IMG/VR virus record: IMGVR_UViG_3300046007_003718
Location: 1-64,000 of that record
Length of the DNA: 64,000 bases
Direction: 5' to 3' (one strand)
Origin: a virus
Positions 1 to 11,057 of the stretch are shown here, piece by piece; position 1 is the first letter of the stretch; every line of letters begins with the position of its first letter. The notes below the pieces were generated by a model that was given only the letters and a program-made list of their open reading frames with translations, was not told the origin of the DNA and ran no database searches. Position numbers and translations under genes: made by a program.

Positions 1-290
1 AACTGAACAACGTTTGAGAATAGGGTATCAAGATCATTAAAACTTGTAGAAGATAAAGACTCGTACAATTTAGGTGCTAGAGTTGCTTTTTTAATTCCAT
101 TGACTCCAGCATCTCCTAAAATTGCATACAAAAATTTATAAATAAGACTATCTGAATTTAAATTATAAACTTCTTCAGGAAAGAAGTCTTTAATCCTATC
201 CATAAAATCAACAGGAGGGTTGAGTCCTTCTACTATTTCTCTTTTTTCTATTAATTGACCGTTGTTGAGTAATGTAAAAATATCGGCCAT
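1..290 (-). CDS. 5' part of a baseplate/wedge protein (runs off the window)
   Basis: ATG at 290 overlaps the TAA of the baseplate-J gene (TAATG). The frame MADIFTLLNNGQLIEKREIVEGLNPPVDFMDRIKDFFPEEVYNL... stays open to the window edge. Position after baseplate J. Confidence 0.7.
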   Translation of the reverse strand, partial: MADIFTLLNNGQLIEKREIVEGLNPPVDFMDRIKDFFPEEVYNLNSDSLIYKFLYAILGDAGVNGIKKATLAPKLYESLSSTSFNDLDTLFSNVVQ

Positions 291-2707
291 TAAACTATCC
301 AGTTATTTTGAGTTTTCTGAATTGGCGCAACAGGTTCACTTGTGCCATTTGTGTCTGGACCTAGAGAATAGAATACTGGAAGATCAATATCTTCTAATAA
401 GAAGTCCTCTTCGTAAATAGTAATATTTGTTCCATTTGCTGTAACTTCTTCCAATCCATAGTGAACAGCATCATCTGCGCTAGTAGCAAAACGAACATTA
501 TCAACTCCGGGAGTTTGATAGACAATCTGAAGAATATCGTTGAGTTGTATTACTGCTCCAAACAATTGATTATTAAAGAAAGTTTCAATGTTATTTGAAA
601 TGTCTAGATTTACAGAATTTACAACAAAACCATTTGTGTATATAACAACAAGATTAGCAATGAAATGACGGAACTTAGCAGTATGAGCGAGAACATCTTG
701 TCCAATCTGACGATGGCTATCAATAATTCTGTTTGTTAAGAAAGGCAATTTATCAAAAGTATATTCTATAGAAAACACACTTTGATTAATAGCATTAGCC
801 ATTGCGGTAGTTATTTCAATACCATCTCTACAACGGTAACTATCTCTCAAATCTGTAATATCTTTTAGCAACCAGTAATCGCTACCGAGTTCATAATCAA
901 TACCATTTATATTTAAAATCTCCGGGACGGAACGAACTGGAGTCCATATTAGATTTATAAAATAATTTGCAGTTCCGGGATGAGTTGTTGTGTTACTTCT
1001 ATAGAAATTTTCATAATGATATTTATCAGTTACATCATCTTTAATAAGATTGCCGGGGCCAGCAGTAACGTCTTCTGCTGTCTCAGTATTTTGTCCTGAG
1101 ATATAAATATCAACCTTATTCATGCTTGAATAATTATTATTTAAATCAATAACATTACGGCTCCACTTTGAAAGATATTCATGCTCTAAGAAAACGATGG
1201 AATCTTCAGTTAAATCATCGGTTGGCGGTTCTCCAACCGCAACAGAACTGTTATCATAAAAAGCAGTTATATCTACTCTTGCAGTCCCAGATGCGCTTGC
1301 ACTCCCAATTGCGGTGGTGCCAGAAGAGAGTGAATTTATATATGTAAGAGAAGATGAGCCAATTGAATGCACCGTCCCGGAATATGAAGCAACTGTAGTA
1401 GTTCCGATAGTTACAGTTCCTACAGATATTGTTCCTCCAGTTTCAATTCCGATTAGATTTGCAGATCCAGATTCTAAGTAAAGTGTTGTTGTTCCACTAG
1501 CACCGGCAGTTCTTGCAAAAGAGGTTACTGTAAACGTTCCGTGAGTTGCTATCTCTCCAACTTTTTCCCAAATTGGGTTGGCTACTCCGAGGTCTTTTCT
1601 ATAAATATTTTTAGAGGTTACAGTTCCCCCAGCGAGTGAAGTGCCTGAACTATTGTAAAGATGAGTCACCGTTCCGACTTCGTTTGAGAAAGTAACTTCA
1701 TTACTAGAAGAACTTATACCACTCTGGCCTCCGGGAGTGTAAGTGTAAGTATAAGCATATTGATAATTTCCAATTAAGAAATCTTCATCAAGTGAAGTGC
1801 CAGCAACAGGAGTGCCGCTAGGAGCAGGATTTCTCATGTTTTCTGCGTAAATTTGTGCAGTTGGTACTCCAGTTGTGCTGACACTAAAAGTGTAATCAAT
1901 ATCTGGAGTATAAAACCGAGAAACATCATTGCCTTGCGTACTTAAATAATAATTAAAATCATACACATGCTTTGAATTTGGGTTAAAACTAGACGCACTT
2001 CCCGAGGCATCTAATGTCATATATTCTTGGAATTTACTTATAGGTCCGACAATCGTTGCTCTATTTGTATATTGGTTTGCAATTGCTAATGCTAGAAACT
2101 GCTCATCTGTTCCAGCGATATTACGGAAGATATTATTCTTAAATCTAACCTTAAGTTCATCATCAGTTTCTTGGTTTGTTCCACCTGTGGTAGATGTGTA
2201 ATTATTTACCGTCGCAACATCAGAAACTTTTGTAATGATTCTATTGATCTGGTTTGCTGTTACGTTACCGACTTCACCGGGGATAGTTGCTTCGACGGGA
2301 ACTTCTGCGTATGTACCGTTTTCTGGAATGACACCATCGGCCACAGTTATGAATAGAATTTGAGAAGAAACGGCAGAGGCGGTAGTGCTAATCTGAGTAC
2401 CGCTTGGGATAAAAATTGCAGTGGGAGATGGAGTTTTTCTACTAAAGGTGACAAATCCTGAAGCACGACGAGCCGTTTGACGCGCAAAACCGAATAATTG
2501 AATAAAATCATCAAGGTCTTGCCCAAACTTAGTAGTAATATCTAATTGATATCTTTGTACAAATTGATCAAATTGTATATCAGCGAGAGATTGAGCAACA
2601 ACATCAATAATTTTTCTTTCCGGGGTGCCTACCTCTAGAGAGATTTCTGGATCTAAAATATAAAGTTGATCCCTCATTCTTTTACTAAGTTCTTCTTGCG
2701 TAAACAT
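290..2707 (-). CDS. Baseplate J-like wedge protein with inserted beta-rich domains
   Basis: Typical gpJ motifs (R..A..ASG.VTF, VEAT.PGE.GN, GG.NQETDDEL..RF; C-terminal PGVDNV). Confidence 0.9.
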   Translation of the reverse strand: MFTQEELSKRMRDQLYILDPEISLEVGTPERKIIDVVAQSLADIQFDQFVQRYQLDITTKFGQDLDDFIQLFGFARQTARRASGFVTFSRKTPSPTAIFIPSGTQISTTASAVSSQILFITVADGVIPENGTYAEVPVEATIPGEVGNVTANQINRIITKVSDVATVNNYTSTTGGTNQETDDELKVRFKNNIFRNIAGTDEQFLALAIANQYTNRATIVGPISKFQEYMTLDASGSASSFNPNSKHVYDFNYYLSTQGNDVSRFYTPDIDYTFSVSTTGVPTAQIYAENMRNPAPSGTPVAGTSLDEDFLIGNYQYAYTYTYTPGGQSGISSSSNEVTFSNEVGTVTHLYNSSGTSLAGGTVTSKNIYRKDLGVANPIWEKVGEIATHGTFTVTSFARTAGASGTTTLYLESGSANLIGIETGGTISVGTVTIGTTTVASYSGTVHSIGSSSLTYINSLSSGTTAIGSASASGTARVDITAFYDNSSVAVGEPPTDDLTEDSIVFLEHEYLSKWSRNVIDLNNNYSSMNKVDIYISGQNTETAEDVTAGPGNLIKDDVTDKYHYENFYRSNTTTHPGTANYFINLIWTPVRSVPEILNINGIDYELGSDYWLLKDITDLRDSYRCRDGIEITTAMANAINQSVFSIEYTFDKLPFLTNRIIDSHRQIGQDVLAHTAKFRHFIANLVVIYTNGFVVNSVNLDISNNIETFFNNQLFGAVIQLNDILQIVYQTPGVDNVRFATSADDAVHYGLEEVTANGTNITIYEEDFLLEDIDLPVFYSLGPDTNGTSEPVAPIQKTQNNWIV

Positions 2708-2729
2708 ATATTAATTATCTCCCGTAATT

Positions 2730-3206
2730 TTAAGCAGTAGATGATGTTTGAACGGGAATGTCAAATTCAAAAACATCTCCACTAACCATTTCTAAATCAA
2801 CTCTTACATATAATGTGTCGTAATCGCGCTGATAGTAAATATTAAAATTTTCTATTATTTCATTATCTGAGAATGTATACAGACCATTATATTTTTGAAG
2901 TTCTATTCTCAGACGAGACATTTGTTTTACTTGATATTCGTTAATTATTCTAGAAACTTCAGAAACAACCATTTGAGAATAATCATCATCAAAAATATTT
3001 AAACGACCATTTGCATATATGGAAGTGCCTTCTTCTCCAATATCAATAAATGATCCCAATTCTGGGTTCAGGGGATCGGTACCATATGGCTCTCTTATCC
3101 AACATATAAGATCTTGGACCGTTTTTGATGGGCCTTGAACTGTTTCTATGCTATTTCCGGGGCCTTTAACGATATCCCCATTAAAAAGCCTTAAACTCCA
3201 AGTCAT
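2730..3206 (-). CDS. Baseplate wedge subunit (gp25/gpW-like)
   Basis: EPYGTDPLNPELGS motif, size, position before gpJ. Confidence 0.7.
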   Translation of the reverse strand: MTWSLRLFNGDIVKGPGNSIETVQGPSKTVQDLICWIREPYGTDPLNPELGSFIDIGEEGTSIYANGRLNIFDDDYSQMVVSEVSRIINEYQVKQMSRLRIELQKYNGLYTFSDNEIIENFNIYYQRDYDTLYVRVDLEMVSGDVFEFDIPVQTSSTA

Positions 3207-3259
3207 TTAAGTTAAATCCTCTCTAATTAGGTGACGCTATCATCAACATTATTGCCTCG

Positions 3260-4357
3260 TTAGGCACCTTCATATGTTACAATTTCTTCTGGTTCAGGGT
3301 CTTCTAATGGATCTGCTTCCACTCTAAGTGGAATTATTTGCATCCAACGATTTAAAAAGTGTAAAGTAGCATTAGACGGGCTACCCAGATGGGCTGGATC
3401 TTTTCTATACACCTCAGTCAATTCATCATCTTTATTTAACGTTATTCGGTATGTTGTATTAACACTTTGTCTAGTATTTGCAGCAGCAAGGAAACCACTA
3501 AGCGTAGATGTTGGCAAAGATCCATTAATTGATAATCCTAATTGGAAACCAATATTATTATTTCCGCAGTACGCTTCGGCTCCACCGGAAAGAACATATT
3601 CTCCATCGTAAGGAACTCTTAAAACGGGGCTGCCACCATAATCAAAAATACTTGTTCCAGAAGTATTTGTATTTCCATTAAACCATGCTGTACCAATTGT
3701 TGTCACTTCTTCTGAAACAAAATTAATATAGGGAGCGCCCCCAATAAAAAGCCATTTATATTCAGAAATAGTTGCAGCGTGATATTTGAAAGACCATCCG
3801 ATATCTCTTTCGTCTTGCGTTGCAAAAAGATAATAACAATGTTGACCATCTACTACATTGCGAGATGGAATAAAATCATCAAAAGGAGTTATCAACTTTT
3901 GCGATACAACGACAGTTCCGGCATTTAATTGATCTAGAGTTGCAGACCCATATAAGGCACTTCCGGGAAAAGTTGCAGTTCCCAACTCTGCAAAACTATT
4001 TCTTGCCTTATTAAAATCACATATAATTTCTTGTTCTGCATTAATAAACAAACGTGACGGGGCATTGAGCCTTACATCTCCTCCAATAAGTTCTCCAACT
4101 GGTAGAGTTTCATTATCTTCTTCAAAGCGAGAATGAATTACCCAATTATTATCCAACTTTGTAACAAGCCAATGTTCCCCGACTTTGGGGACTTGCACAT
4201 AAGGAGATTGAAAAAATGCAAATGTCAATTGAATTTGTTGATTAGCAGAATCTCTTCCTTCAAGATATCCAACTGATGGATCACATTGGGTTATTCTAAT
4301 TTTTTTATATGAATATGCTTGATTTAACAAACGATATTGAGGAGTGTTTCCCATCAT
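3260..4357 (-). CDS. Baseplate spike-like protein with C-terminal beta domain
   Basis: N-terminal OB-fold-like VPKVGEHWLV motif; position in the baseplate cluster. Confidence 0.55.
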   Translation of the reverse strand: MMGNTPQYRLLNQAYSYKKIRITQCDPSVGYLEGRDSANQQIQLTFAFFQSPYVQVPKVGEHWLVTKLDNNWVIHSRFEEDNETLPVGELIGGDVRLNAPSRLFINAEQEIICDFNKARNSFAELGTATFPGSALYGSATLDQLNAGTVVVSQKLITPFDDFIPSRNVVDGQHCYYLFATQDERDIGWSFKYHAATISEYKWLFIGGAPYINFVSEEVTTIGTAWFNGNTNTSGTSIFDYGGSPVLRVPYDGEYVLSGGAEAYCGNNNIGFQLGLSINGSLPTSTLSGFLAAANTRQSVNTTYRITLNKDDELTEVYRKDPAHLGSPSNATLHFLNRWMQIIPLRVEADPLEDPEPEEIVTYEGA

Positions 4358-5196
4358 TCTGCAAATATCCTTCCAAAAGTTACTGTCTTATTTAAGACCC
4401 TATCTGTTGTATCTCTTAAATCATAAGTATGTTTTTTACCATAAACACCACGACCACCTAAACCTTGAGTTCCAAGAGAAATATCTCCAGTGGCGCTTAC
4501 CTTAACTTGACGGTCTGGGCCAGTATTTCCTTCAATAGTTGTAAAAAGTCCAATCTTTCCGCGATTTTCCCACGGTTTAATTCTCCATTTAGAGAAAAAA
4601 CCAACATGGTCATTTTGATAATCATCTGTTTCTAACCCGAAGACGACAAGATCGCCAGCCTCAACCTGCTTGGGTGAAATTTCTCTTAATTTTCTTTCTC
4701 CAATAAGACCAGACTCTCCCCAAGTTTTTGCTAAAGCAAGGCCATCGGTATCTTTAATATCTCTGAATCCTGCTTGGTAATAACACCAAGCGGTAAAAGA
4801 AGCACACCACGCGGCATTGTAAGCCCCTGTTATTTCTTGGTAAGGTGGAACTCCTAGCCTCGGACTTTGACTAATGTGAGGACCAGCACTATTGCCTTGC
4901 GTTGCTCGGATTTCTCTTTTGAATTCGCAATATGCAAATTCATAAGCCCTTCTTCTTATAAGCATATTTGATTTATATTTATTTGTATCATAAAAAGTTT
5001 TTCTTTTACTTTTTTTAGCAAATTCAAAAGGATTGTTCTTTAATTCAAAAGAAAAAACTTCAAATATATCTATACTCTTTGGAGTGCTACAAACTGCTGG
5101 AAAATCAGTAAATTGTTTTAAAGTTTCTGGGGGTACTCTTCCATAAAAGGGATCAAATAATTGATTATTATTTAAAGGAGTAATTATGCTTGCCAT
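4354..5196 (-). CDS. CHAP-domain peptidoglycan hydrolase
   Basis: AWCASF...GDLVVF...DHVGF...TIEGNT signature. Confidence 0.9.
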   Translation of the reverse strand: MASIITPLNNNQLFDPFYGRVPPETLKQFTDFPAVCSTPKSIDIFEVFSFELKNNPFEFAKKSKRKTFYDTNKYKSNMLIRRRAYEFAYCEFKREIRATQGNSAGPHISQSPRLGVPPYQEITGAYNAAWCASFTAWCYYQAGFRDIKDTDGLALAKTWGESGLIGERKLREISPKQVEAGDLVVFGLETDDYQNDHVGFFSKWRIKPWENRGKIGLFTTIEGNTGPDRQVKVSATGDISLGTQGLGGRGVYGKKHTYDLRDTTDRVLNKTVTFGRIFAE

Positions 5197-5201
5197 ATTT
5201 A

Positions 5202-8200
5202 TTAATTCCCATCCTGAGTCGTGATCGGATCAATTGAATTCTCTCCCTGACCCGGATTATTACCCGGCCTTGTCCCAGTTCTACTTCCGCCAGTTCTGGA
5301 AGGCGGTTTTGTTTTTGTTTTTGGCTTGGCTTTGGGCTTCGTAGTAATCCTAAGTCTTTTAGGTTTATTTTCCGCAACGTCTGGTGGATATACGAGAGTC
5401 ATCGCCCAATCATTTCCTTTATTAGTTGTTCCCGGAGCCATTAGTAATGCTTCTGTATAAAAACCATTTTGATAACTAAATGAATGAGTCACTTCTTTAA
5501 CATAGAAAGTTACTGAATTTTTTGAGTAATCCTTAACTGGAGAATTAAGTTCTAGTTCCACAATCATTCCGGGGAAAAGTTCTGGCATGAAGGTCAATTC
5601 AACTCTTGTAATAAACTGTTCCGCCCATTTTTGTATAAAAGTATGATATGCATAGAAAAATTCAAAAACAGGATGACGGATTGTAGGAATTTTTTCTAAG
5701 TATGGTCTTGCTCCATACCTTTCTAAGAATTTATAAGCAGCACCTTGACCTTCAAGAATTTCTCTAGGTCGTTTTTTGGCAGTCGCAATCTGATCGGCAG
5801 TTAATTTACTAGCATCTTCTAAAGTGTCTAAATCTGTTTTTGTAATATTGTCGTCTTCAAAAGGTCTTAAAAATGAATCAAGAATAAAAGGTCTCTCAAT
5901 TGTTACAACTCCAGAGCCGAGCAATTTTTCATACCATTCAACGTTAATTCTTCCAGCGTCGGCTTCATTAAAACCAAACGGGTTTCCTAACACATAAACG
6001 TGAGTGACAAGTTGACGGTCAGAAAGACTAATAGTACAACTTTTAATTTCAGTCGGGCTAACTCGTAGCCACGGATTTCTTCCAGTTAAGTTAAAATAGT
6101 CAGGATACCACGCCATGAAATCTCCACTAGGGAGAGATGCAAAAGTTCTCATTGATGCTTTACAAATTTCTCCAACAGATTCAAAAAGTTTTACATCATT
6201 TTCAAGAGCGCGGTCTCCCGTAAGTAACACAGACTCAAGGAGGCTTCCGGGGAAGTTGAATGCAACATTAAATGCTACAGTTTTTGCTTGAAGGAAGGCA
6301 TCTGTAGAACCAGTTCCCCCCTCTCCACTAACGTCTGATCCAAAAGAAGATGGTGGATTTTCCGTATCTCCAATAAGATTATGTCTCCATAGATTGTATC
6401 CACCATCATTAATAAAATCTTGCGCGGTTCTTTTAAATTGAGGACCGCGATTAGGGCCTTTATTCGCACTTTGATCTGGACGAGTACATTCTGCACATTT
6501 TCCATCAGCACCAACCACCATAGCAACGTGACCAGCGCCTCCTTCTCCAGTTCTAATAAAAAGATGACCGGGTTTGAATTTTGTTTTATCTTGAATTTGA
6601 ACAGAATCTGCCTCAAGCGTTCCTGTCGTATCTGCATATTTATTTTTAGGAATCAATTTTGCGCTCTTCATACATGCAGCAATAAAACTAGAACAATCTA
6701 AGTTGCCCTTTTTACGAAGAACTTCTTCCACATCAGCATAAGGACTTCTATCATCCATGCTATATCCAATATCCCAATTTGCTTCATTGTGATTAACTAT
6801 TTTTAATGCTGCTTTAATAACTTTAGAGGCTGGGCTATCATCCCCAGTATTAATCGTTCCTTCGCCAATCGCTTCAGTTCCTGCGCTAATATTTTCTTGT
6901 TTACCTTTTTCTTTATATAATTTTTGATAGTCTAACAAGGCTTTAATAAAAATTCCGGCAAGTTTATCTCTATCATATTTTAATTCCCCAGTCGTAGAAG
7001 GAAGTTCTACAATTGCGGCAGCAGAAGAGTTCGTATAATAAAAACCATAATAATTTTGCATTCTATTCCAAGTATTGCCAGATACTGTTGTTAAATCATT
7101 TATAAAATTATCTCCTGCTGTCAAACCTCTTACTTTAGATCCGATAAATGAAATGAGTTGTGCGGAATTTTTATGAAGTCCTTTGTCATCATGAATGGAG
7201 TCTCTACCACCTTCTCCATCTGAGGGTTTGACAAAACCTGCTCCTCCGATTAAATTGCCATTATTATCTTTATAATAACGGTTCGGTCCCGGTTCTCCGG
7301 GTTTTCCCGGAGGGGAAGCGCTTGTACTAGATTGAGTCCCTTGCACAGATCTTTTTGATGGCCCGGCAATCCCAATAGATGAACCCGGAAAGGCGCTAGG
7401 ATCATGATGAATTGAAAGATATACATCTCCTGCCCATCCCCTTGGGCGAGAAGTTTCTGTTGCGAATTGAATGTCTAATCTTTTTTTATCATCTTCGCTT
7501 AAGGCATTGTATGCTCTTTTCATTGCCTTAATAAAAGCAGCATTTTGCTGAGGTTCGGTATAATCTCCCCCGACTTTTGTTGCTCCGGGTTGCATCTGAT
7601 ATCCCGGCTGCATAGTTGTGTTTGGGCCGGGAGGACCGGCTCCACCAACACCAGTATGGCCTGCTTCTAAATAGACAGAAAGAATTTTATTAGATCCACC
7701 TGTTCTTGAAGAGGGATTTGTTTCATTCGGATTATTCGGCTCTGTAGCATCTAAACTGGCAGTACCAATATTTTGACCAAGGATCGAATACGGCTTATTT
7801 ATATCTACCGGAGAGCCATCTGTCTCTAATGATTTCCATATATCTGTCAAAACTTTTTTCTGGTGTCCACTGCTAAGATTCCACTTAACTAGGAACCCCT
7901 CTACAGTTTGATTATTATCTTCACCAATGTAATATTTTTTATTTCTCAAAACGTCTGCTACATAAAAAACTCCAGCGCGAAAAGATGAAAATGTCTGGTA
8001 GGTGCCGCTAGGGCCAGATACTCTTTTATACCCAAAAGCATTTTTTACATCAGCAGAAGAGTTGGGAGCGGTTCCGTATGAAGTTTCACTCGCCGCTAGT
8101 GCGGCTAAAAATCTTGGATCAATGTCATTTTTCTTACCCGCATCTATAAAATCTTCAGCCTTCATCTCAGAGCCAGAGGCTCTTGATTGAATATCTGCTT

Positions 8201-9005
8201 GAATTTTTCCAGCAATAGTTGAAGCATTATTTAAACTAGCGCCTGCTCCACCACTTCCACCACCATCCTCTTCTGCTCCACCAGAAGTACCCCCAGAAGT
8301 CAAAAATGTTTTAAGCCATTCCTGAGCGAGTCCATATCTTTCTTCCCAGTCATTGTTTACTTGAAACAATAGTGCGGCTCTCTTCATCCACGCTTCTGGA
8401 ATCGGTTCAATCCAAACATTGTCTTTATTCCAACCACCCACATCAACGAGAAGGAAATGGAGCATTGCTGCAAATCCAGTATCTTGAGGAAATTCTCCAG
8501 TAGTCGGCTGTGGCCCATTAGCACTTGGAGTCTGATTAGTTAATGCTGCTGGAGAAAAAAACGAAATTCCTCCTTCTCCCAATTGGGGAACAAATCCATA
8601 TTTCTGTAATGTTTCATAGACTTTAGGTAAGCCGGGATCCCAATATGTAAACTCCAACCTCTTAAGAGTGCAACTTGCCTCAATAATGAAAGGTTCTGGC
8701 ATGGCTTGGAATACTGGAACTAAATCTAAGTAGCCAGAAAAAATTAATATCGGTTTTGTTTTTTTAAGGTAAATAACAATACGATCCATTGGCCGCAACA
8801 ACTGAGAAAGAGTTGTATTGTTATCTTTATCTTTTCTACTTTGGACAAGAAAACTTGCAGTAGAAACCGCTTCGGTTCTTCTAGTTATTGTTCCTTCAAT
8901 AATATCATTTGATATATCAATAGGTTCAGAATCCTTACCTCCGGGCAGGATATAAACTTGTACTTCTGGAGAATATACAATTCTATTAAAATTGATATTC
9001 GACAT
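5202..9005 (-). CDS. Baseplate hub / tail lysin with lysozyme-like, amidase_3-like and NlpC/P60 domains
   Basis: IDPRFLAALAASETSYG (lysozyme-like), LEAGH...LSIHHD...AIVE (Zn amidase), DCSSFI...GHVAM (NlpC/P60), hub-like C-terminus FMPELFPGM. Confidence 0.8.
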   Translation of the reverse strand: MSNINFNRIVYSPEVQVYILPGGKDSEPIDISNDIIEGTITRRTEAVSTASFLVQSRKDKDNNTTLSQLLRPMDRIVIYLKKTKPILIFSGYLDLVPVFQAMPEPFIIEASCTLKRLEFTYWDPGLPKVYETLQKYGFVPQLGEGGISFFSPAALTNQTPSANGPQPTTGEFPQDTGFAAMLHFLLVDVGGWNKDNVWIEPIPEAWMKRAALLFQVNNDWEERYGLAQEWLKTFLTSGGTSGGAEEDGGGSGGAGASLNNASTIAGKIQADIQSRASGSEMKAEDFIDAGKKNDIDPRFLAALAASETSYGTAPNSSADVKNAFGYKRVSGPSGTYQTFSSFRAGVFYVADVLRNKKYYIGEDNNQTVEGFLVKWNLSSGHQKKVLTDIWKSLETDGSPVDINKPYSILGQNIGTASLDATEPNNPNETNPSSRTGGSNKILSVYLEAGHTGVGGAGPPGPNTTMQPGYQMQPGATKVGGDYTEPQQNAAFIKAMKRAYNALSEDDKKRLDIQFATETSRPRGWAGDVYLSIHHDPSAFPGSSIGIAGPSKRSVQGTQSSTSASPPGKPGEPGPNRYYKDNNGNLIGGAGFVKPSDGEGGRDSIHDDKGLHKNSAQLISFIGSKVRGLTAGDNFINDLTTVSGNTWNRMQNYYGFYYTNSSAAAIVELPSTTGELKYDRDKLAGIFIKALLDYQKLYKEKGKQENISAGTEAIGEGTINTGDDSPASKVIKAALKIVNHNEANWDIGYSMDDRSPYADVEEVLRKKGNLDCSSFIAACMKSAKLIPKNKYADTTGTLEADSVQIQDKTKFKPGHLFIRTGEGGAGHVAMVVGADGKCAECTRPDQSANKGPNRGPQFKRTAQDFINDGGYNLWRHNLIGDTENPPSSFGSDVSGEGGTGSTDAFLQAKTVAFNVAFNFPGSLLESVLLTGDRALENDVKLFESVGEICKASMRTFASLPSGDFMAWYPDYFNLTGRNPWLRVSPTEIKSCTISLSDRQLVTHVYVLGNPFGFNEADAGRINVEWYEKLLGSGVVTIERPFILDSFLRPFEDDNITKTDLDTLEDASKLTADQIATAKKRPREILEGQGAAYKFLERYGARPYLEKIPTIRHPVFEFFYAYHTFIQKWAEQFITRVELTFMPELFPGMIVELELNSPVKDYSKNSVTFYVKEVTHSFSYQNGFYTEALLMAPGTTNKGNDWAMTLVYPPDVAENKPKRLRITTKPKAKPKTKTKPPSRTGGSRTGTRPGNNPGQGENSIDPITTQDGN

Positions 9006-9919
9006 TAAAACAACCTTCCGATAGAATCTGAAACGTCTTTTTTCAAACCATCAAAACCTTTGTTAACACCTTCTGCTATGGCACCAATAGCAGAAGTAAC
9101 CGTCCCTAAGCCACGGACAGTTGATTGAACATTATTGTATAAACTTCTATTAAATCCATTCACTTCACTTTTAGGATCGCTAGTCAAAATCTTATCTGCC
9201 AAGGCTCCGACAATATAATCATTTTTAAAATCACTAAATTTTTCTACCCAATATGCATCTGTATCAAAATTATATATAATTGTTCGTGCTGTTGTCCCAA
9301 ATTTTTGAACATTATCATTTAAATCTTTAAAGATAGTAAAATCAAATTCAAATTCAGGAGCAACGGGGACTCCTTTATTATTTGCATCAAAACCACCACG
9401 GAAAACCTCAATAACTCCCAGATAGTCTATTTTTGCTCCGGGAATATACAGCCTAAAAAGATTTTCTGGATTCTGGCTTACTTTAATTTGTCCTTCACGA
9501 ATAAAATCCGCAAGATCATCATATTCATTTTCATCACGACAGCGGCCCTTAATGTTTGCTGGTGTCAACTTAAACGAATGAGTATAGGTTCTGGTATAAT
9601 ATTTTGAGACAGCGGTTGGCCCTGCAACAGAATAACCATATGTTGCTTCTGTTATCCAAAGATCAAATCTGCTTACTGAAGTTTTACGTTTTTTAACATT
9701 TAAACCTTCATTATTATAATATCCACGGCTCGCGCTGTCTGTTAAGGTTTTTTTATATTTATCTATATCTTTATAGGCATCTTCAAGAATCTCCAAAGGA
9801 ATATTAACTCTAGCGAGAAAAGCATGAATAGTGTTTCCTTTTTGAATTAGGTCTTCATTTTTTGGAGGGGTTTTTATTCTATGTCTTGTTGGGTTGAATG
9901 TTTCTCTTTGATAAGCCAT
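9005..9919 (-). CDS. Putative tail/baseplate protein
   Basis: Long ORF between tape measure and hub; start moved to MAYQ just after the upstream stop. Confidence 0.6.
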   Translation of the reverse strand: MAYQRETFNPTRHRIKTPPKNEDLIQKGNTIHAFLARVNIPLEILEDAYKDIDKYKKTLTDSASRGYYNNEGLNVKKRKTSVSRFDLWITEATYGYSVAGPTAVSKYYTRTYTHSFKLTPANIKGRCRDENEYDDLADFIREGQIKVSQNPENLFRLYIPGAKIDYLGVIEVFRGGFDANNKGVPVAPEFEFDFTIFKDLNDNVQKFGTTARTIIYNFDTDAYWVEKFSDFKNDYIVGALADKILTSDPKSEVNGFNRSLYNNVQSTVRGLGTVTSAIGAIAEGVNKGFDGLKKDVSDSIGRLF

Positions 9920-9920
9920 T

Positions 9921-11057
9921 TTATTCCGTTTCGTCGGTGTTTGGTGGTGTTCTATCTCCATTACCCTCAGTTGGCGGAACTCTAGAACCGTTTGGACCAG
10001 AATATGGAGTTAGACTTCCGACTTGATAACTAAAGCCCCTAGTTATGAGAGTTTCTAATTCTTTTTCACTAAAATCTCCACCGATAAAGTCTGAGTATTT
10101 AACTGCAATATCTCTGGCTGCTTGTTTTCTAGTTTCTTGACTAGTATAAACTGGTTCAGACCATTCAATAAATTCAGAAAACCCAACCCCGTCTTTAAAC
10201 CCACCTAATGCTTTTTTAGCAATATTAGTCACTTCTTGTTGAAAGGTATTTTGAATATCTTCAATAAAATCACATTTCAATTCCCACTGAGGCATCAGTT
10301 CGTCATTTGCAAATCTAATTTTTGGGAAATCTAATGGTCGAATATTCCAGTACCAGTTAAGATGAGGGTATTCAAAAACCATATTGTTTTTATCAAAATT
10401 ACCGGCTTGCGTTATGTAATAAAAATAACTTTTGAACCATTCCGCAAATTGGACCATTCCGCTTCTCATTGGTCCATCTACCCAATTTTTATACCCCTGA
10501 GTTTCTTTTAAACTATATGATATTTCGCTATTTTCAGGACTGTATCCTTCGGGAAAATCTTCATAACGAGAGTTGCCAAATTCATTATTATCACGATTAC
10601 TTGCCTTATTAAAACCCCACATTCCTTCAGATCCAAAAAAGCCACGAATGGTAAGATTTTCAATAGAAACTCCAAGAATTTGAATTACTTGGCCTCCATA
10701 AGTGTCTATCACATTAGTTCTTAAAGTATATTCCCAACTAACGTCATTTGGAGATAGATATAAATTTATTTTTTCAGGAAACGTATATCCCGAAATTGCA
10801 CCTAGGTTGGGCGCTCTAAAAGAACAAATATTTTTTAAACTTCTAACTCCACCTCTAAAATAAGAAACTTTACCGCCAACAGAATTGGGTTCTCCTGTTT
10901 TTGAATTAACATCATCTTCGGCTTGAAGTAAGTAATCGTTTGTATTCGACGCTTCTGGAAAAGTGGATCTTAAGCGATCATATTTTTCAATAAATCTTTG
11001 TTTCTGTTCGTTGGCATTACTTTTCCCAGTATATAGAGGTCTTGGTGCCGCTGCCAT
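9921..11057 (-). CDS. Putative tail tube initiator / baseplate protein
   Basis: P..V.W.Y.L......TYGGQVIQILG motif; directly follows the tape measure gene. Confidence 0.6.
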   Translation of the reverse strand: MAAAPRPLYTGKSNANEQKQRFIEKYDRLRSTFPEASNTNDYLLQAEDDVNSKTGEPNSVGGKVSYFRGGVRSLKNICSFRAPNLGAISGYTFPEKINLYLSPNDVSWEYTLRTNVIDTYGGQVIQILGVSIENLTIRGFFGSEGMWGFNKASNRDNNEFGNSRYEDFPEGYSPENSEISYSLKETQGYKNWVDGPMRSGMVQFAEWFKSYFYYITQAGNFDKNNMVFEYPHLNWYWNIRPLDFPKIRFANDELMPQWELKCDFIEDIQNTFQQEVTNIAKKALGGFKDGVGFSEFIEWSEPVYTSQETRKQAARDIAVKYSDFIGGDFSEKELETLITRGFSYQVGSLTPYSGPNGSRVPPTEGNGDRTPPNTDETE

